Assembly: GCA_002633005.1 (NCBI GenBank)
Contig: NMRA01000322.1
Location: forward strand, 372,001-436,000
Reading direction: 5' to 3'
DNA: 64,000 nucleotides
Source: Phoronis australis
Taxonomy: Eukaryota; Animalia; Phoronida
The notes under the pieces were generated by a model that saw nothing but the letters and a program-made list of their open reading frames with translations, was not told the DNA's origin and ran no database searches. Made by a program: the position numbers and the translations under genes. Every line of letters starts with the position of its first letter. Position 1 is the stretch's first letter. Shown here piece by piece: positions 35,191 to 48,748 of this stretch.

Positions 35191-38100
35191 GTACAGTACA
35201 TTCACTGTTTAATCGGGAATGGCTTGAGTATATGTTAACTCCGAGAAATGCATGATTTTTTTGCATTTATACTGATGCACCATGAAAATAAATTGTGCGG
35301 ACACAGATACATATGAATATAGGCAGACATCTATTGGAACTGAGAACCTAAAACTGCATTTGAGCAGTTATGTCTGTTCTGACTGAATAGTCATTTTTCA
35401 TTGTATTTCGTGGTGCCTGTGACGTTGATAAAATTTTGTGTAAGTTTCAGTTGCTTGTACGCAACAGAACACAAGCTTATGTAGCAGTACAAGTAAAGAG
35501 TCGGATGGCAAAGCTGACCTAGTCATGATTCTTAAACCTTGTCCACACAACTTAATTTTGGAGACCACTGTGGTTTGAGCTACGGTCTCCCGTTTGTGAA
35601 AACTGGATTTGAATCCTGGTTTTAGCAGCTGATAATCAAGCATTGCACGAAGGAGTCTCCTAACTCCTCTGAGCTCGGTCTTACTAGTGAATATATTCAA
35701 AGGAGTGAATGAGAACCTGGATATAATGCAAAGGCAATTTCTGGGGTTGTGCATTTTATTTTCATTGAACAACAGTCTGCTTTATATCATAGGAAGAAAA
35801 TTCTGCAACACTTAATTTTTACACGCAATCCTGTTAAATATAAGACAAAGATTTGAAGTTAACTCCTTGGAATTTAGTGTTTTTACTGGATGTACACATC
35901 TGGGTTTTTTTTTTTTTTACTTTGTAAGGCATTTTTAGTGCCAATTAGGCCCAGTATAGATGGAAAGCTGTGCATTTGAAGGCAAATAAGCTCACCGTGA
36001 GTGACGCCTGAATCGCGAGGATTTTGCCTGGCGAAGGAGTGATGCAAATGTCTCACTTGTAGGATTTTTTGTTTCATTGTGAGTGTAAATCCTCACAACG
36101 ATGTGAGCTAAGAGCTCTAGGGTTTATTATCAGTAGCTAATAGAAATTAATTATTTCATCGCCTGACAATGAATCTCGCTTACTCACCATGATAACCAGG
36201 CGTACAACAGTTGCGCTCTTTGCCATGAACATAGTTTAGAGAATTTTACCTCATTTTACTCTTGTAACAAGGTTGTGAGAGGTTAATTTTATTTGAGACC
36301 CAAATTTCAGCTCATTGCTTAATGTTCATCTTATTTGCTTTAAATCTTACTGTTTCCGTAGCCCTCTATAATTATGTATGCGACAATACAAAGGTTTTAT
36401 GAAACGACCAGCAAAAAGCCTACATCTAATGACTGCATTCACTTCCATGAAAAAACACAATCACCTGCTTGGTATTGTCTGTTTCAACCATTGGGTTTGT
36501 TCAATGAAAGTGAACATAGACGCGGGATGTTGGCCTTTGCTGGACCATTTACACCACTTTTGATTCTTGCTGGGGAAACAACAGCTTATTGGTGTAACTG
36601 GTGTCATTAGAAATTGTTGCATTTTCCTTTAAATTAAAGAACTCAAAAATCAAGTGGTGTACGTTGTGCAAAGTCATTTCAAACGACATTTTGAGAAATT
36701 AGTGGTGCAGTGTGTGTTTATCTGAATGCATTCTCATGCAAGAGTCGAATAAAACATAATTGGGAAGTGCGTGTATTTTACCATGAATGTGTGAATGTTT
36801 CCCACTCAGTGTTAGACAACTTCCGTACATGTTGTGTGCTGTAATTTCCGTAAGCAAAACAGGCATTCACAAGGACTGGTGCTTTCAAGGAAATCTGGAA
36901 CACATAAATTTGGAAGTGGGCAGTAAGCTGAAGATGGGCATTATTAACCTAGATGAGTATGGCATAGACTCGAACATGAATCACGTCATCGGTGTCGCTT
37001 GTGTTAGTGCAAACCAAATGTTACTGTCTCTGTATTAATTAAATTATTGTGTGATCTTCTTTGTTCCAAATTTGCAGATAACACTGGAACAGGACAGGGG
37101 ACTGTTGTATGTCTTCATGGATTTCCCACATTCAGTTATGACTGGATCAAGGTGATGTATGTGAAAAAATCACATCTAGAACTTTGATGGATGTCTAGAA
37201 TTATTTCAATCTATTACTGGCATGCATGTGTCAGATTGCGATTAAGGGAGTTAAATATGTGAAAATGAGTTAATTAAGTTTTATGTATTCGAATATTCAA
37301 ATAGACATGAAAAAATCAGCACTGAATAAAAATTAGAACAAAAAAGACGGCACTGGAGGAAGTCGCGTTAGGTTGTAAAGATAGTTTCCATGACTGCACA
37401 GCTAGTTCAAGATTGTCCTAACATGTATTATTGGATGGATCTTTCTGAAGCGATCATAACGATCAAGTAGTAAAACACATAATGATAATTTTCATTTGTT
37501 TAATGTGTTACCGTCGTCCAATCAAACTTCTCTGTCTCTTGTCAGAATATTTGGACATTTTCCAGGTACTTTTCACTCTCAAGAGATTGTTTTAAGAGAA
37601 TCCAATGCTCAAAATGTAAAACTTTTAGCTGGCCCATTGTGTAGATTTGTTGGGATCAGTGTAATTGCTCCAATATTTTGATGGTTCCAAGGACTAACGA
37701 ATAGCAGTCTGACTTAAAGTTCAGTAAAATAATTTTACTGGTATTACCAGTATTTAGCAGTAAACAGAAACACTGGTATAATGTATACATTGCTAACCCA
37801 ATGTCTTCATACCATTGAATTGAATAGAAGGTGAACTGTATTGCGAACTCTACAGTTATCCATATGGTCAACAAGGCTGTGAAATATACATTACAATAAC
37901 ATCCAATAAAAATAGAAAAATATAATTGGCTGTACAGAAATTTTTGAAACAAGAATGGATTCTAGACAAAGTAGCATTTTCATTTTTCATTTTTTTGAGT
38001 ATTTTGCAAAACCAATTAAATTGACCTGTGGCTTGCGATAATATACCTGTAATACCTGTCACGGACAGGATCATTGGGGATATACTGGTGCATTAATCCC

Positions 38101-41100
38101 CTCCCTCATTTGTCAGCCATATAATGAGCTAAATAACTGAACGAATAGTAATTGACGTTTCAACAGACAGAAACATAATAACTATCAACAAATAAAATTA
38201 ATGTAGGCATAACTGAATGTCGGCTTATTTGCTGATTTGGCAAACTGTCCCTGAAAATTCTCAAACGAGAACTTAGGTACGTGGATTAGAGATATCAAAA
38301 AGTAAATTTTGGTATAAGTGAATCAAATGTAAAATGTAGCTCATTGTCTTCAGAGTTCTCAAAATTTTGAAAACAAGTCGGGTTGGCTACTGAACAGACA
38401 TCTTTTAAAAAGTTTTTTATCAATTGTCTTGCCATTTCTATTTATTACCCCCTTTGGGTGTTGAAACCCAGTTCAAAGGTCATACTTTGTGGTGACCACA
38501 GTGTAAACCTTGTGGCTCTTGTACTTCTGACGTGCAATGGAATGGCTTGTTTTGAATGAATGTATCAAGTTGCTCTTGTTTCACCGTTTTTGTTATATCC
38601 TTCAGATACTTGCTGGTCTTGAGAAGCGTTTTGCACGTGTAGTTGCTCTGGATTTCTTGGGCTTTGGTTTCAGTGATAAACCGGTAAGAAGTATGGAATG
38701 TAATTCTTCAATATTTTTGCACAAAAGTAAAAGCCAATATTTTCATATTTTCCTCTATTTTTCAGAAGCTGGTAGTCTTACTGCAAATAGTGGAATTTTT
38801 AACATTGGCATATATACACATTGCAAATGAAACTAATAATGTCACATTCTGGGCTAAGCATGTGAAGAATTACTGTACTGGATAGATAGATCATGCTACT
38901 GTGGTTTGATCAGACCACTATTGGAGAATCACACTCATTCAGCAAAATGTAATAACTCTGGGATAGGAAAGCAAACATCAGTTTAGCAAAATAAAAGTTG
39001 GAAAAACATATTTGACTCTCCCAGATTTTTCAATTTTGTTTCAAATCCTGTCCTTGAGCAATAGACGTTTGTCAACAAATAAACTTTAATTCTGGTTTTA
39101 ACATGGTTTTGTAACAAAACTGACCAAATAGACTACATATTGCTTTGTGTCATTATTTGTAGACCAAAGTACATTGTGCAGGAGCTGACTGGGTTTACCT
39201 TCTTCGTAAATACAAAGCCTTACAAAAACAATTTGTGAGGAGTGTTATCTTCAATGCCTGTGATATATATATATATTGTCATTGATAGCCTTGTTACAAT
39301 TCATCTAAGAAGCACTGTGTCATGACATAGTCATGCCCATCACAACCTGGCTGTACGGTGTTTTCTCTATTAGTTCGCAGACTAGTGTACAAACTATTTT
39401 TCCCTTGAGAACTTTGTGTACGAATTAATAGAGACAAAATTGGCCGTACGAACTATTAAAGAAGAAAGTCGAGTGTTTGAATTTTTAGAGATAAAGATCA
39501 ACGATAACAACGAGTGCAATGACGGCCTTCGAGACGGTGGTTTGGCAAATGAATGTGAATTTAACAAGTAACAAATTATATTCGCGGGTGGTGGATTTAC
39601 TTCAAAATATACTACTTGAAAGCTTTGGCACTTTATTTTCTTTCCATGTTCGCAAACTTCAGGAACCACGCCGCCTTCGGAACCTCCGCTTTATGCAATG
39701 TCGTCTGCCGCACTTATTTTCTGACTGCAGTGCACTAGATAAAACATGCATTCAAAAAAATCAGGCCACAGAAACATGATGGTGGTTTTGCCAACACTCT
39801 CAATTCGATTTAGAAGGGAAGCTCGCGAATTTTCATGTCCCCTTACCTCCGATTCTCATCTTCATTACGTAGCGTGTTGCCATGGCAACTGAAGTTAGCC
39901 GTGCCGGGCGTTCGAGATAAGACAATCGCACTAAATCTTACCTTGACAATTCATTGGGTTGCGGAGTCTAGAGCATAACCATTCCCAACCATAAAAAACA
40001 CCTGAATTAGTTTTTCAAACATTTATTTCATCAAACAACTCAACTCTGAACTCAGAACTTTACAGCTAATACGCTCATAGTTCTGCTAATGTCACGAGAC
40101 CACTGTGGCCATAAATTTAATCCTTATGATGTAGCCTCTGCAACACGTGAAGATTGCACGCGTGCACTTCGCCACGTTAGAATAGTTGCAATCAAATTGG
40201 AGCACTGTATAGACATTTGTCATCTGCGCACTACAGTCACCGGAATCAGCTCTAACAAGACTACGGGACAGCACGGTACTGTTATTCTGCACTTTTGTAA
40301 ATTTATTTGCGCAATAGTAATCTGAGGGTAACAGAACCTTGTTTTGGGAAAAGCTGCTGTAATGACAATTTTATCGCCATTTGACGACACACGGGAAAAT
40401 CTTATCGCTATTTCCACATTTTTCTGTCACCAAAAATGGCTATCTGAAAAACGACTTTTCGAGCTCTATGCTAGCGTAGTAAAGCAAATAACGGATTCCA
40501 ATCGTCTGAATAGAATTGGTGCTTATTGATTTGTGTTCTTTTATAAGAATAAAAATTTCCATTTTACCGATCCAAAAAGCTTGTACGCATTATTTTTTTC
40601 CAACGCAAATATGTGTACGAACTATTTTTCCCTCTGACGCCTTCTGTACAAACTATTGGGAGACAAACGGCATGTTTCAAGGGTCCTGGACGAACTAATA
40701 GAGTGTACGAATTAATAGAGAAAAAACCGTACTCAGTATTTCTTTAGAGTTGTGCATTTAACCTGAACTGTTCCCATAATTCTTTTTAAGATTGCTCATA
40801 ACTACTCAATATTTGAACAAGCGGACATTGTTGAGATGCTGCTACTACAGCTCGGTGAAAAGTCAGTGCACGTTTTGTCTCATGACTATGGGGATACGGT
40901 CGCCTTGGAATTATTAGCAAGGTATTTATATCACAATTTTGAACTAAAACTTTGTTGTAGTCAAAGACTTTATACTTCACACTGCTGGGGCGTGTGGAAA
41001 CTCTGCAGTAGTAGGCCACTTTCATTACCAAAAATTAAATTTCTTAGATAACTTTCAGTAGACCCATAAAACTACGTTTTCATTAAATCAGTTTTTGACC

Positions 41101-44100
41101 ACAGTAAGATTAAAAACATTTTCATTGTCCATGGTGACCACAGAATCTTATGTCTTATAAAATGTGCATGAAAGCAATGCACAAGAAAGCATGTCTGGGA
41201 TTTGCTTTTAAGGTCGTCCAAGAGACAGTTTAGTTGTCAAAAACCAAGTATTCCGTTTTTTGAAGGAGTGGCAATTTCTTGAAGTTCATATTCGACAGCA
41301 GAGTTCTGGGGCTACTAGAATAAAGAAACAGAATTTGCAAGTATCATGTAAAAAATTTATGTTGTGAACATTATGAAAATCTCTGTGAAAAATCAAGATT
41401 TTTAGCACAACTGCTGTCACATGGTTACGAACATCTGAGCAATATTTTTTTTGCTTATAATATCATTTTGTGGTCATCATGGATTTAAACATTATACAAA
41501 TTGTAAAAGGTTATTTGATAAGTAATTTCAGAGGTTAAGATGACTGTTGAAGTCCAGGATTTAAGCTTTCACATTGACCAAAACTCTTCAGAAGTGGAGA
41601 GTTGCAACTTATTTTCCAACAAATTGGACTCACAATTGTTGCGGAGATAGGATCTTGTTTGATTCCACTCCTTCAAATCGCATGCCGTGAATAATACGCT
41701 TTTGCTTACATGAAAGTCATGCATTTCTAAAGATATGCGTGACTTTTCGCTGTTCATCCTTCTGAACGACTTTTACCGCGATTAAAGATAGCGCGGCGCC
41801 AGAGTCGGACTCAGTTGCAATGACCGCATTGTCCGGTGCGAGCAAGACCCAATTAAGTGTAATTACCCGACCATAAACTATAGTAAACATCTCTGCCTGT
41901 ATTTACTGGCGAATTTTCAAAATGCGTTAACCAACAGTTCTCGTTAAAAACAAATACCACAGCTGTATTCAGATGGAAAAAACAACCAAGTTTGATTTTC
42001 GATTTTTAAAAATCGATGAACTATGAAGCTAAAAACTGCAAACATTGAGTACGATTGAAGATAAACGACTGTGCGTATTGATATACTCGGTGATTTACAA
42101 ACGCTGATCAGAGTTAACAATATCACGTGGATTATTCTTTTAATGTACAACTAAGCTACATTGAAACATCTATGAAAAACTCACAGTGACTAAATTAGAT
42201 GTCAGTAACTTTAAAACATCGCTTATAGCTCAGTGCATGCCGAACTACTTTACTCCAGGAGTAGTACACTAACCGGAAAACCGCTGCTCGCGAAAATGCG
42301 CCATTTTCTATAGTTAGCTTGCTGTTGTAATGGAACATCTGTGAAGACAACTTAGATGGCAAGCTTTTATTTGTAGTCAACGAGAGAGTGCAAGCAGTGG
42401 ATGAGGTTGGTCGCTGGGCAAGAGCTGTGATTTCATTTTTATGACTGAGGAAAAGCTAGAATAGTTATGTAGTTACTGCAACCAAAATTGTCCAGAGGTT
42501 CCAAATCTTCAATTTGGCTATCACCATATTTGCATTTCTGTATATATGTTATGATTCGAGTTCTAATAAAAATTGAACTTGAACTTATGGCACGTTTAGT
42601 TTTGTTTGGTGTGACATGTGTGGTGTAGCTGTTATCTGGAAGATTCAAGGATGGGTTCACAATTAACTGACCGTTTGAGTTTGCTTCTATATCAGCTAAT
42701 TTCCTTGGTCAATATTCACAAAATTTGGCCGATATGTGTGTATCGAGGAGGTGCAGGGGAGACATCATTGGCCAGTTGTCACAAAGAACAACCTATAATG
42801 ATTTCTGGTCTAGATGTACTTTACTTTTTGATCCATGCTTTTTAGCATTATCCTATTTCTAATTGGGTTAACTCTTTGAAGGATCTCTGATTGTGTTGTG
42901 TCACGGCCAGGCCCATTGCACCCCAAGTTTTTGTTCTTGCTTTTACAGAATCAGCGGCGGACTAAAAGTTCATCTCAAGACACTGTGCATGTTAAATGGA
43001 GGTTAGTGTAAATTAAATCATCAAATTTTTGAATCAACTCTTTGGTAAACATTTCAAGAACATTCCATTTAAACCAAGCTTCCTTATCAGGGCCAGTTTT
43101 ATCTACCTTATTTCAGGCACAGCTTCTATTGTGAATTAGTGATGCAGTTAATTAGATTATATGCCTTGCTGGAAGCTCAGGGTCAATGGGTTTTTTTGAC
43201 AAAGTCAATATTACTTGACCAATTTTGAAGTCAAGAACCCACATAGTCTGATTTTTACTCCTCTATTCAGATTTTATGGTTTCCATTGGTTTCCATGTCC
43301 CAAAAATAGAGTCTGGGATGCTTTCAAGCTGTCTATTTAGATATGATCTGATAAGAATCAATAATTGGGCTCACTGTGTGACCTAATAAATAGGGTCACT
43401 CTGTAGTCCCTATTGAGAATGAAATGTGGATAGAAGAGTCCATATGACCACCTAACATTACTACAACTGTTCTTGTGGAGTGTAAAAATCAAGAAATTTC
43501 CACTATCATGATCTAATCTAGAATTATGCTGGGTTAAACTTGACAAGAACGCTTTTTGTGTTGGTAAACAGTACTGTGGTTGTCAGAGCTTACAGTCGCA
43601 CAAAAGGAATCAACAGGTGAAAGTTATTATTTCTCTTAAAGTCAACCGTTTTTTCTCCAAGTTTTTTGGTGAAAGTATTTCATATAAAACACATCTGCTT
43701 CATGACATTATTGAAAGTCATTTGCAAATAGTATTTTTACATATCAGTTAGGGTCAGGCAAGCTGTTTACAGCATAACTGCTGGATTACCTGAGCTTATC
43801 AGATGAAATCAGACAATAAGAGAGCAGGACTATTGGTTTGCCACTGGGAAACTGATAAAAACAGGGCTGTATCCCAACTGGCGGACCGATACTCATTGGA
43901 GAAATTTTAAATATTTCTCCATATCGATCCTTATCTCGTTTAAAGGGGATGTTTACATCATGAATACAAAATTTATGAATTTTTTGAAAAGTTGGCAGAA
44001 CTATCTTTTTCAAGTTTGTTAAATATATGGAAATGAATTTTTTCTTATTCAAAGTCACTTACAGTCTGTGGTAATTAAGTCGTTGTGCACCCGTGCTTTG

Positions 44101-47100
44101 GAATGAGTATCCCGATTTCACTGATCAGATAGTCGGGACAGTGGAGAGAATTAAACGGACCTACATTCATTTTACAATTTTCAATTAGCCATTTGTAAAT
44201 ACAAGTCTGACTTGTCGAAATGTCTGTTAAATGCCCAATGATTTAAATTCTCAAACAAGTCAGATTTTGTGATGAAAGGTTACCAGAGTCACTGTTCCAA
44301 TTTGCTGATTTTATTTGAATTGTAATGTTTTGCTTGTGTTGCCAGGTATCTTCAAAGAAACCCATCATCCACGACTGGGCCAAAAACTCTTGAGGATTCC
44401 GTATGCTGGAGCTGTGCTGAGTAGATTGACGTCGTATCCTGTCTTTAAGATTGGGTATGGGTTGTTTTTAGTAGTCTGTAGGCAAATAGTTGTCACTGAA
44501 ATCCTACATAACCCTGACCTTAAACTTCCAGGTACAGGCAGTCACCATAAGACAGCACCATCTGTAGCATATCTTAAATTAGATGTTAGTTGACTGTTAC
44601 TTATTTAACAATTCATCCATATATTAAAGAGGCTGTCATCTATCAGTTTGCAAATTGATAAATCAACTAACATTTGCATTTCGTCAGAAATCTAGTATAC
44701 CTTAAATTTGCTTTTACTCTAGAGTATTTTTAGTTTACATCCTTGTGCTCTATTGTTTTTTTTTTTACAGTGTTGTATTACATCACTTGTGGGCAATTGA
44801 TGTTAAATAATTTAAATCAATCAGTCAAAAAAGAATCGGCGTTGTGTGGCTCAGAATTGGGACTTTTGCACAACTAGCTTTCCAACAAAGAAGTGCATTT
44901 TCTTGCAAATTTGCCTATAAAAGATGATTTTTGACACAATTCCTTTCAAACGGTTCACTAGCTTTTACTGTAGCCCATGCATGCATACTGCATATCACTA
45001 TTCCACAATGCTTATTCACTAAGTTTAGTTGTTTCAGTCCTATTAATTTTGTTTTTCAGACTTGGAGAAGTATTTGGTCCAAAAAGTAAACCCAGTGATG
45101 AAGACTTTGCAGACTTTTGGGCAGCAACAAGATTTAACAACGGAGATAAAGTGGCCTATAAGTAAATCTTAAGTACATCACTTATAAGTTGTTGTAACAA
45201 ATTATAATTATCCCACTCACTCAATCAACTGTAGACAGCATATGACCATACATTTTGTGTCTCTAATGCAATAAATCTAATCTGGTGGAAATAATTACAG
45301 CACCACCTTCTAACAGAAGGGTAGTTAAAATCCCCTGACCAATAGGCATAAGTTGTGGCCAAAATTCCTTTGATGTGCTAAGACCATGTAGGGTAAAGCA
45401 CATCACCTCAGACTTTGTGCAGCAAGGTATGTAAGCGCTGTTCCCCTGTCCTGAACAATAATATGAATTGTAAACATTTGGGATAATGCTGTGGGCATTT
45501 TAATTTATGAACCTCTGGAAATGGGAGGGTGGGTGTTTAACCCGGAGATGGGTGCTTAAATTGGAATATATGATAAATATCTCTTCAAAAATTGAAATTT
45601 GGGTTGAACTTGTTTTGGCTCATCATATTTGACATGTTTCAACCGGAATTCTGTGTTTAATACAAATTCTCCTCTCAAAAAATTGATTGTGACGTTATGA
45701 TTTTACAAATGAGTAAGCAGTTGAGCTTTTTTATTTGTGAACTCATGAGGTGATTCCAGAAGTTCCTTCCAGTAGCCCAAGATACCTGTCACTAGGTGGC
45801 ACTTCCATCTACTTTGGGCACAATGTATGTTTTCTGTTTTGTTTGTGTTGCTCGTCTTAACAGTTTTTTAACTCCTAGGTTGATCCATTTTCTTAACGAG
45901 CGTGCACGGTATCAGGGCAGGTGGGTTGGTGCTCTCAAGACAACAAATGTTCCAGGCAGGTTGAGTTTTAGACGTTCTTCACTCATTTAATTAGAAGTTA
46001 TTGTTAAATTAGATTTCATCATGTGCTGGACTTTCATTGAGATTTCATCTTTAACATGTTATGAAATTTAAAGACGTTTCGTCAATGTTATTCATACCTT
46101 TGTTTTGCTGTGAACGTATTAATTAATTGGTTTTTTGAAATTCTAGTCTTTTTATTATACTTGCAGATATTTGGCTAAATGTGCAGTCTTATTGATTACG
46201 TTTTGTGCAGCCTTAATGGCAAAATGCTTGTTGTTACCTGGTGAAATGAAATGTCTCCAAGTATGTTACTTTGTCGCAAAATTTGTTTTGCACATGCTAC
46301 AAGTCACATTTTTTGTCCGACCAACATGACATTAACACTCTTCGTGCATTTTGTTAAAAGCTCGAGGCCTATTGTTTTTGTGCAAAACCAGACCAAAGAT
46401 GTCATACAGTGAATTTTCCTTTCAGTCGACATGAACTTTACACACTACATGCATCTAGTGAAAAAACTGGAAATGTATTGTCTGTGTGCAAAATCGCATC
46501 AACAATGGCGCTCTGGCAGCCATTTTTCAGTGTACTTCCGCAATTTTAACTCGAAAAGTGTGATGTTCTGACATTTCCCCCAAAGACATGGCACACTTAC
46601 GAGGGAGTATCAGTTAATGGCGGATTGGGTGGTTAGCCAAATATTGGATGGGTGCGATAGTAATATAATAAAAATGATGGTAAGAAAAATAAAATGACTG
46701 TGTACAAGAATAGCACCAGAGAGTGATACACCTAGTCATATGACGCAGGTCGCAGCTTTTTGTTGACCTCACATGGCGCATGGAGGAAAGATGATTTGTT
46801 GCGAAGCAGTGGAGTTTTATTATCTATAAAACAAAAATTTGTTTTCAGTGCACTTCACGTATGGCCCAGCGGACCCAGTCAACCCTCCTGCCTTTGTGAA
46901 GCATTACAGGTAATAAATCGGTGTTTTTATGGTATAATTAAGAATTATTACTGCAGTCTTTTTTCTTGCTATTCTTAACCATAGGTCACATTCCGTGACC
47001 AAAATGTGGTGCGGCAGAAGACTAATAGTTCTTACTCATTCCATAATAGGTAATGTTTGATTTTGAAACATTTTATTATTACTTAGTGATATTTCCTAAT

Positions 47101-48748
47101 GTGCTAGAAGTCGCTATAAATGCACTGGTTTTATACAGTGTTCATCAATTTCCATATGGTGTTATCATGTACATTACAGCATCCAGCTTGTGTAATGGAT
47201 TTCCCTCCAAATCTCAGACCCACGTCTTCTAATGGAATTTTAAGGCACTCAATATTTTCGCAAGCATACAGATGTATGGATCAAAGATTAATTTTTTTGC
47301 CTCCATTGTGGCAGCTCACCGCAGGCTTCCTTGCACACCATATTAGAACGATCAATCAGCAAATTTTTTTATTTTTTCAAAAACAATAAAAGCATCGTCC
47401 AATTTTGATTGGCAGATGCTTGGAACATCACTCATATCATGCATTGTGTCATTCTTACACTGAATTTTAGTTGAGCGATTGAACATTTTCACGATGTTAG
47501 GTTTTCACCGTAAACATGGGTTGTGTTTGTGGGAATTAAATAAATACTAAAATCAGTATGCATTGCAAAACGACAGGGTCCATCGTGATGCTTTGTTTGC
47601 ATTCGAACCTTATAAACCTCTACTTCACTAATGGTCAACATTAAGTGACACTAATAAGAAATGCGATGGAGGCGATTGCCACAGAGTATTTTAGTAGGCG
47701 GGATTGCCTAAATAGTTCAATTTATGCGAAAATATGGTCTGTGCAGGAAATCTATTGCACAAGCTCAATGTACGTGATGTCATTCGTAAAGCAACGAATA
47801 TTGAATTAAATGAGCATAGCTATAAACCAATGATCTGGTGTTAAAAACTGATGTATTTGGCTCTTTTGAAGCAATATGTTCTTAACCTTTGAAATAAATT
47901 GCTGGAAATTTCCCTTAAGTCCACAATGACTTGGCAACCGAAATTAACCCTCTGGTTTTTGGCAATAATCACCTGTCAGTTCCAGAAGTCATTTTGCATA
48001 ATTTGAGGAAGGAACCAGTTGAGACTGTAATGGGAAGTCAAAAGTTGTTTTTTGACATGGGAGGAATTATTGCCCTTCTAAAGAACCAATGTAGTCAGCT
48101 TGTACTTTATTATTTATTTATCAATGTAATATTTACAATGAGGGTAGCCCCCATCAGTTCACACTGCTTTCCATGGGGGCCCTCACATATACACACGTAT
48201 GCTCATAAGTTCAGACTGAACTTGAGGAGCTAGGGACCCGACTCAACAGTGTAGTAGCGGGGCCCACGATATTTGAACCTACTGCTGTACCTTGTGAATA
48301 GGAGGTGGACATTAATCCCAGTGGGCCACAGTGCCTCCTCTTACCTGCCATTCATTTTGTAACAAGTTTCATTCTGGACCAAAATATTCAGTAAATTCAG
48401 TGTTAGTTTTGTGAAATAGAATCCGAATTAAGGATTTTTTGTGTCAGAACACGTGTGGGTGTTTGTCTGTACGCATGTTCCAACTTGATGAAGCGGTCAT
48501 TCACCCATGTGAGAGGAAAGTTGTCTATGCATCACCAGAAGTCTTGAGAGCTGAGGAAGTCGTTTCTGCTTTTGAGTGATTACGCAACCTTAATGAATGT
48601 TTGAATATCTTACAGTACAACAGTTCCTAAACCCAGCATAACAGTTCTAAGCAATGACATTGGACACTACCCCCAGTGGGAGAGACCAGGCCTGGTGCTG
48701 CAGGATTACAACAGGTTTCTAGACGAGATCCTGACCAAAACTCAGTGA
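35028..48748 (+). CDS. MEST: MEST (mesoderm-specific transcript homolog; alpha/beta hydrolase, epoxide-hydrolase-like), complete CDS, 10 coding exons, 326 aa
   Basis: Exons sum to 981 nt in frame; hydrophobic N-terminus, [31 protein letters not shown] and GHYPQ motifs. Confidence 0.96.
37078..37151 (+). CDS. MEST: MEST coding exon 2 ([25 protein letters not shown])
   Basis: TTTGCAG / GTGATG; HGFP oxyanion motif. Confidence 0.94.
38606..38683 (+). CDS. MEST: MEST coding exon 3 ([26 protein letters not shown])
   Basis: 78 nt; TTCAG / GTAAGA. Confidence 0.95.
39356..40729. mobile_element. Non-autonomous TIR DNA transposon, Tc1/mariner-like (TA-flanked)
   Basis: Ends CGGTGTTTTCTCTATTAGTTCGCAGACT and AGTGTACGAATTAATAGAGAAAAAACCG are imperfect inverted repeats; TA on both flanks; subterminal TACGAAYTA repeats; no transposase ORF. 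Confidence 0.75.
40791..40921 (+). CDS. MEST: MEST coding exon 4 ([43 protein letters not shown])
   Basis: 131 nt; TTTTAAG / GTATTT; SHDYG nucleophile elbow. Confidence 0.94.
42949..43001 (+). CDS. MEST: MEST coding exon 5 ([18 protein letters not shown])
   Basis: 53 nt; TTTTACAG / GTTAGT; phases fit both neighbours. Confidence 0.88.
44346..44454 (+). CDS. MEST: MEST coding exon 6 ([36 protein letters not shown])
   Basis: 109 nt; GCCAG / GTATGG. Confidence 0.92.
45060..45161 (+). CDS. MEST: MEST coding exon 7 ([34 protein letters not shown])
   Basis: 102 nt; TTTTCAG / GTAAAT. Confidence 0.92.
45879..45955 (+). CDS. MEST: MEST coding exon 8 ([26 protein letters not shown]), GC donor
   Basis: 77 nt; CCTAG acceptor; RWVGAL motif; frame requires CAG|GCAGGT. 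Confidence 0.88.
46849..46909 (+). CDS. MEST: MEST coding exon 9 ([20 protein letters not shown])
   Basis: 61 nt; TTTTCAG / GTAATA. Confidence 0.92.
48160..48338 (-). mobile_element. tRNA-derived SINE-like relic
   Basis: Minus strand GGAGGCACTGTGGCCCACTGG (A-box-like) and GGTTCAAAT (B-box-like); boundaries approximate. Confidence 0.4.
48616..48748 (+). CDS. MEST: MEST last coding exon ([44 protein letters not shown])
   Basis: TTACAG acceptor; GHYPQ catalytic His; TGA at 48746-48748. Confidence 0.94.
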
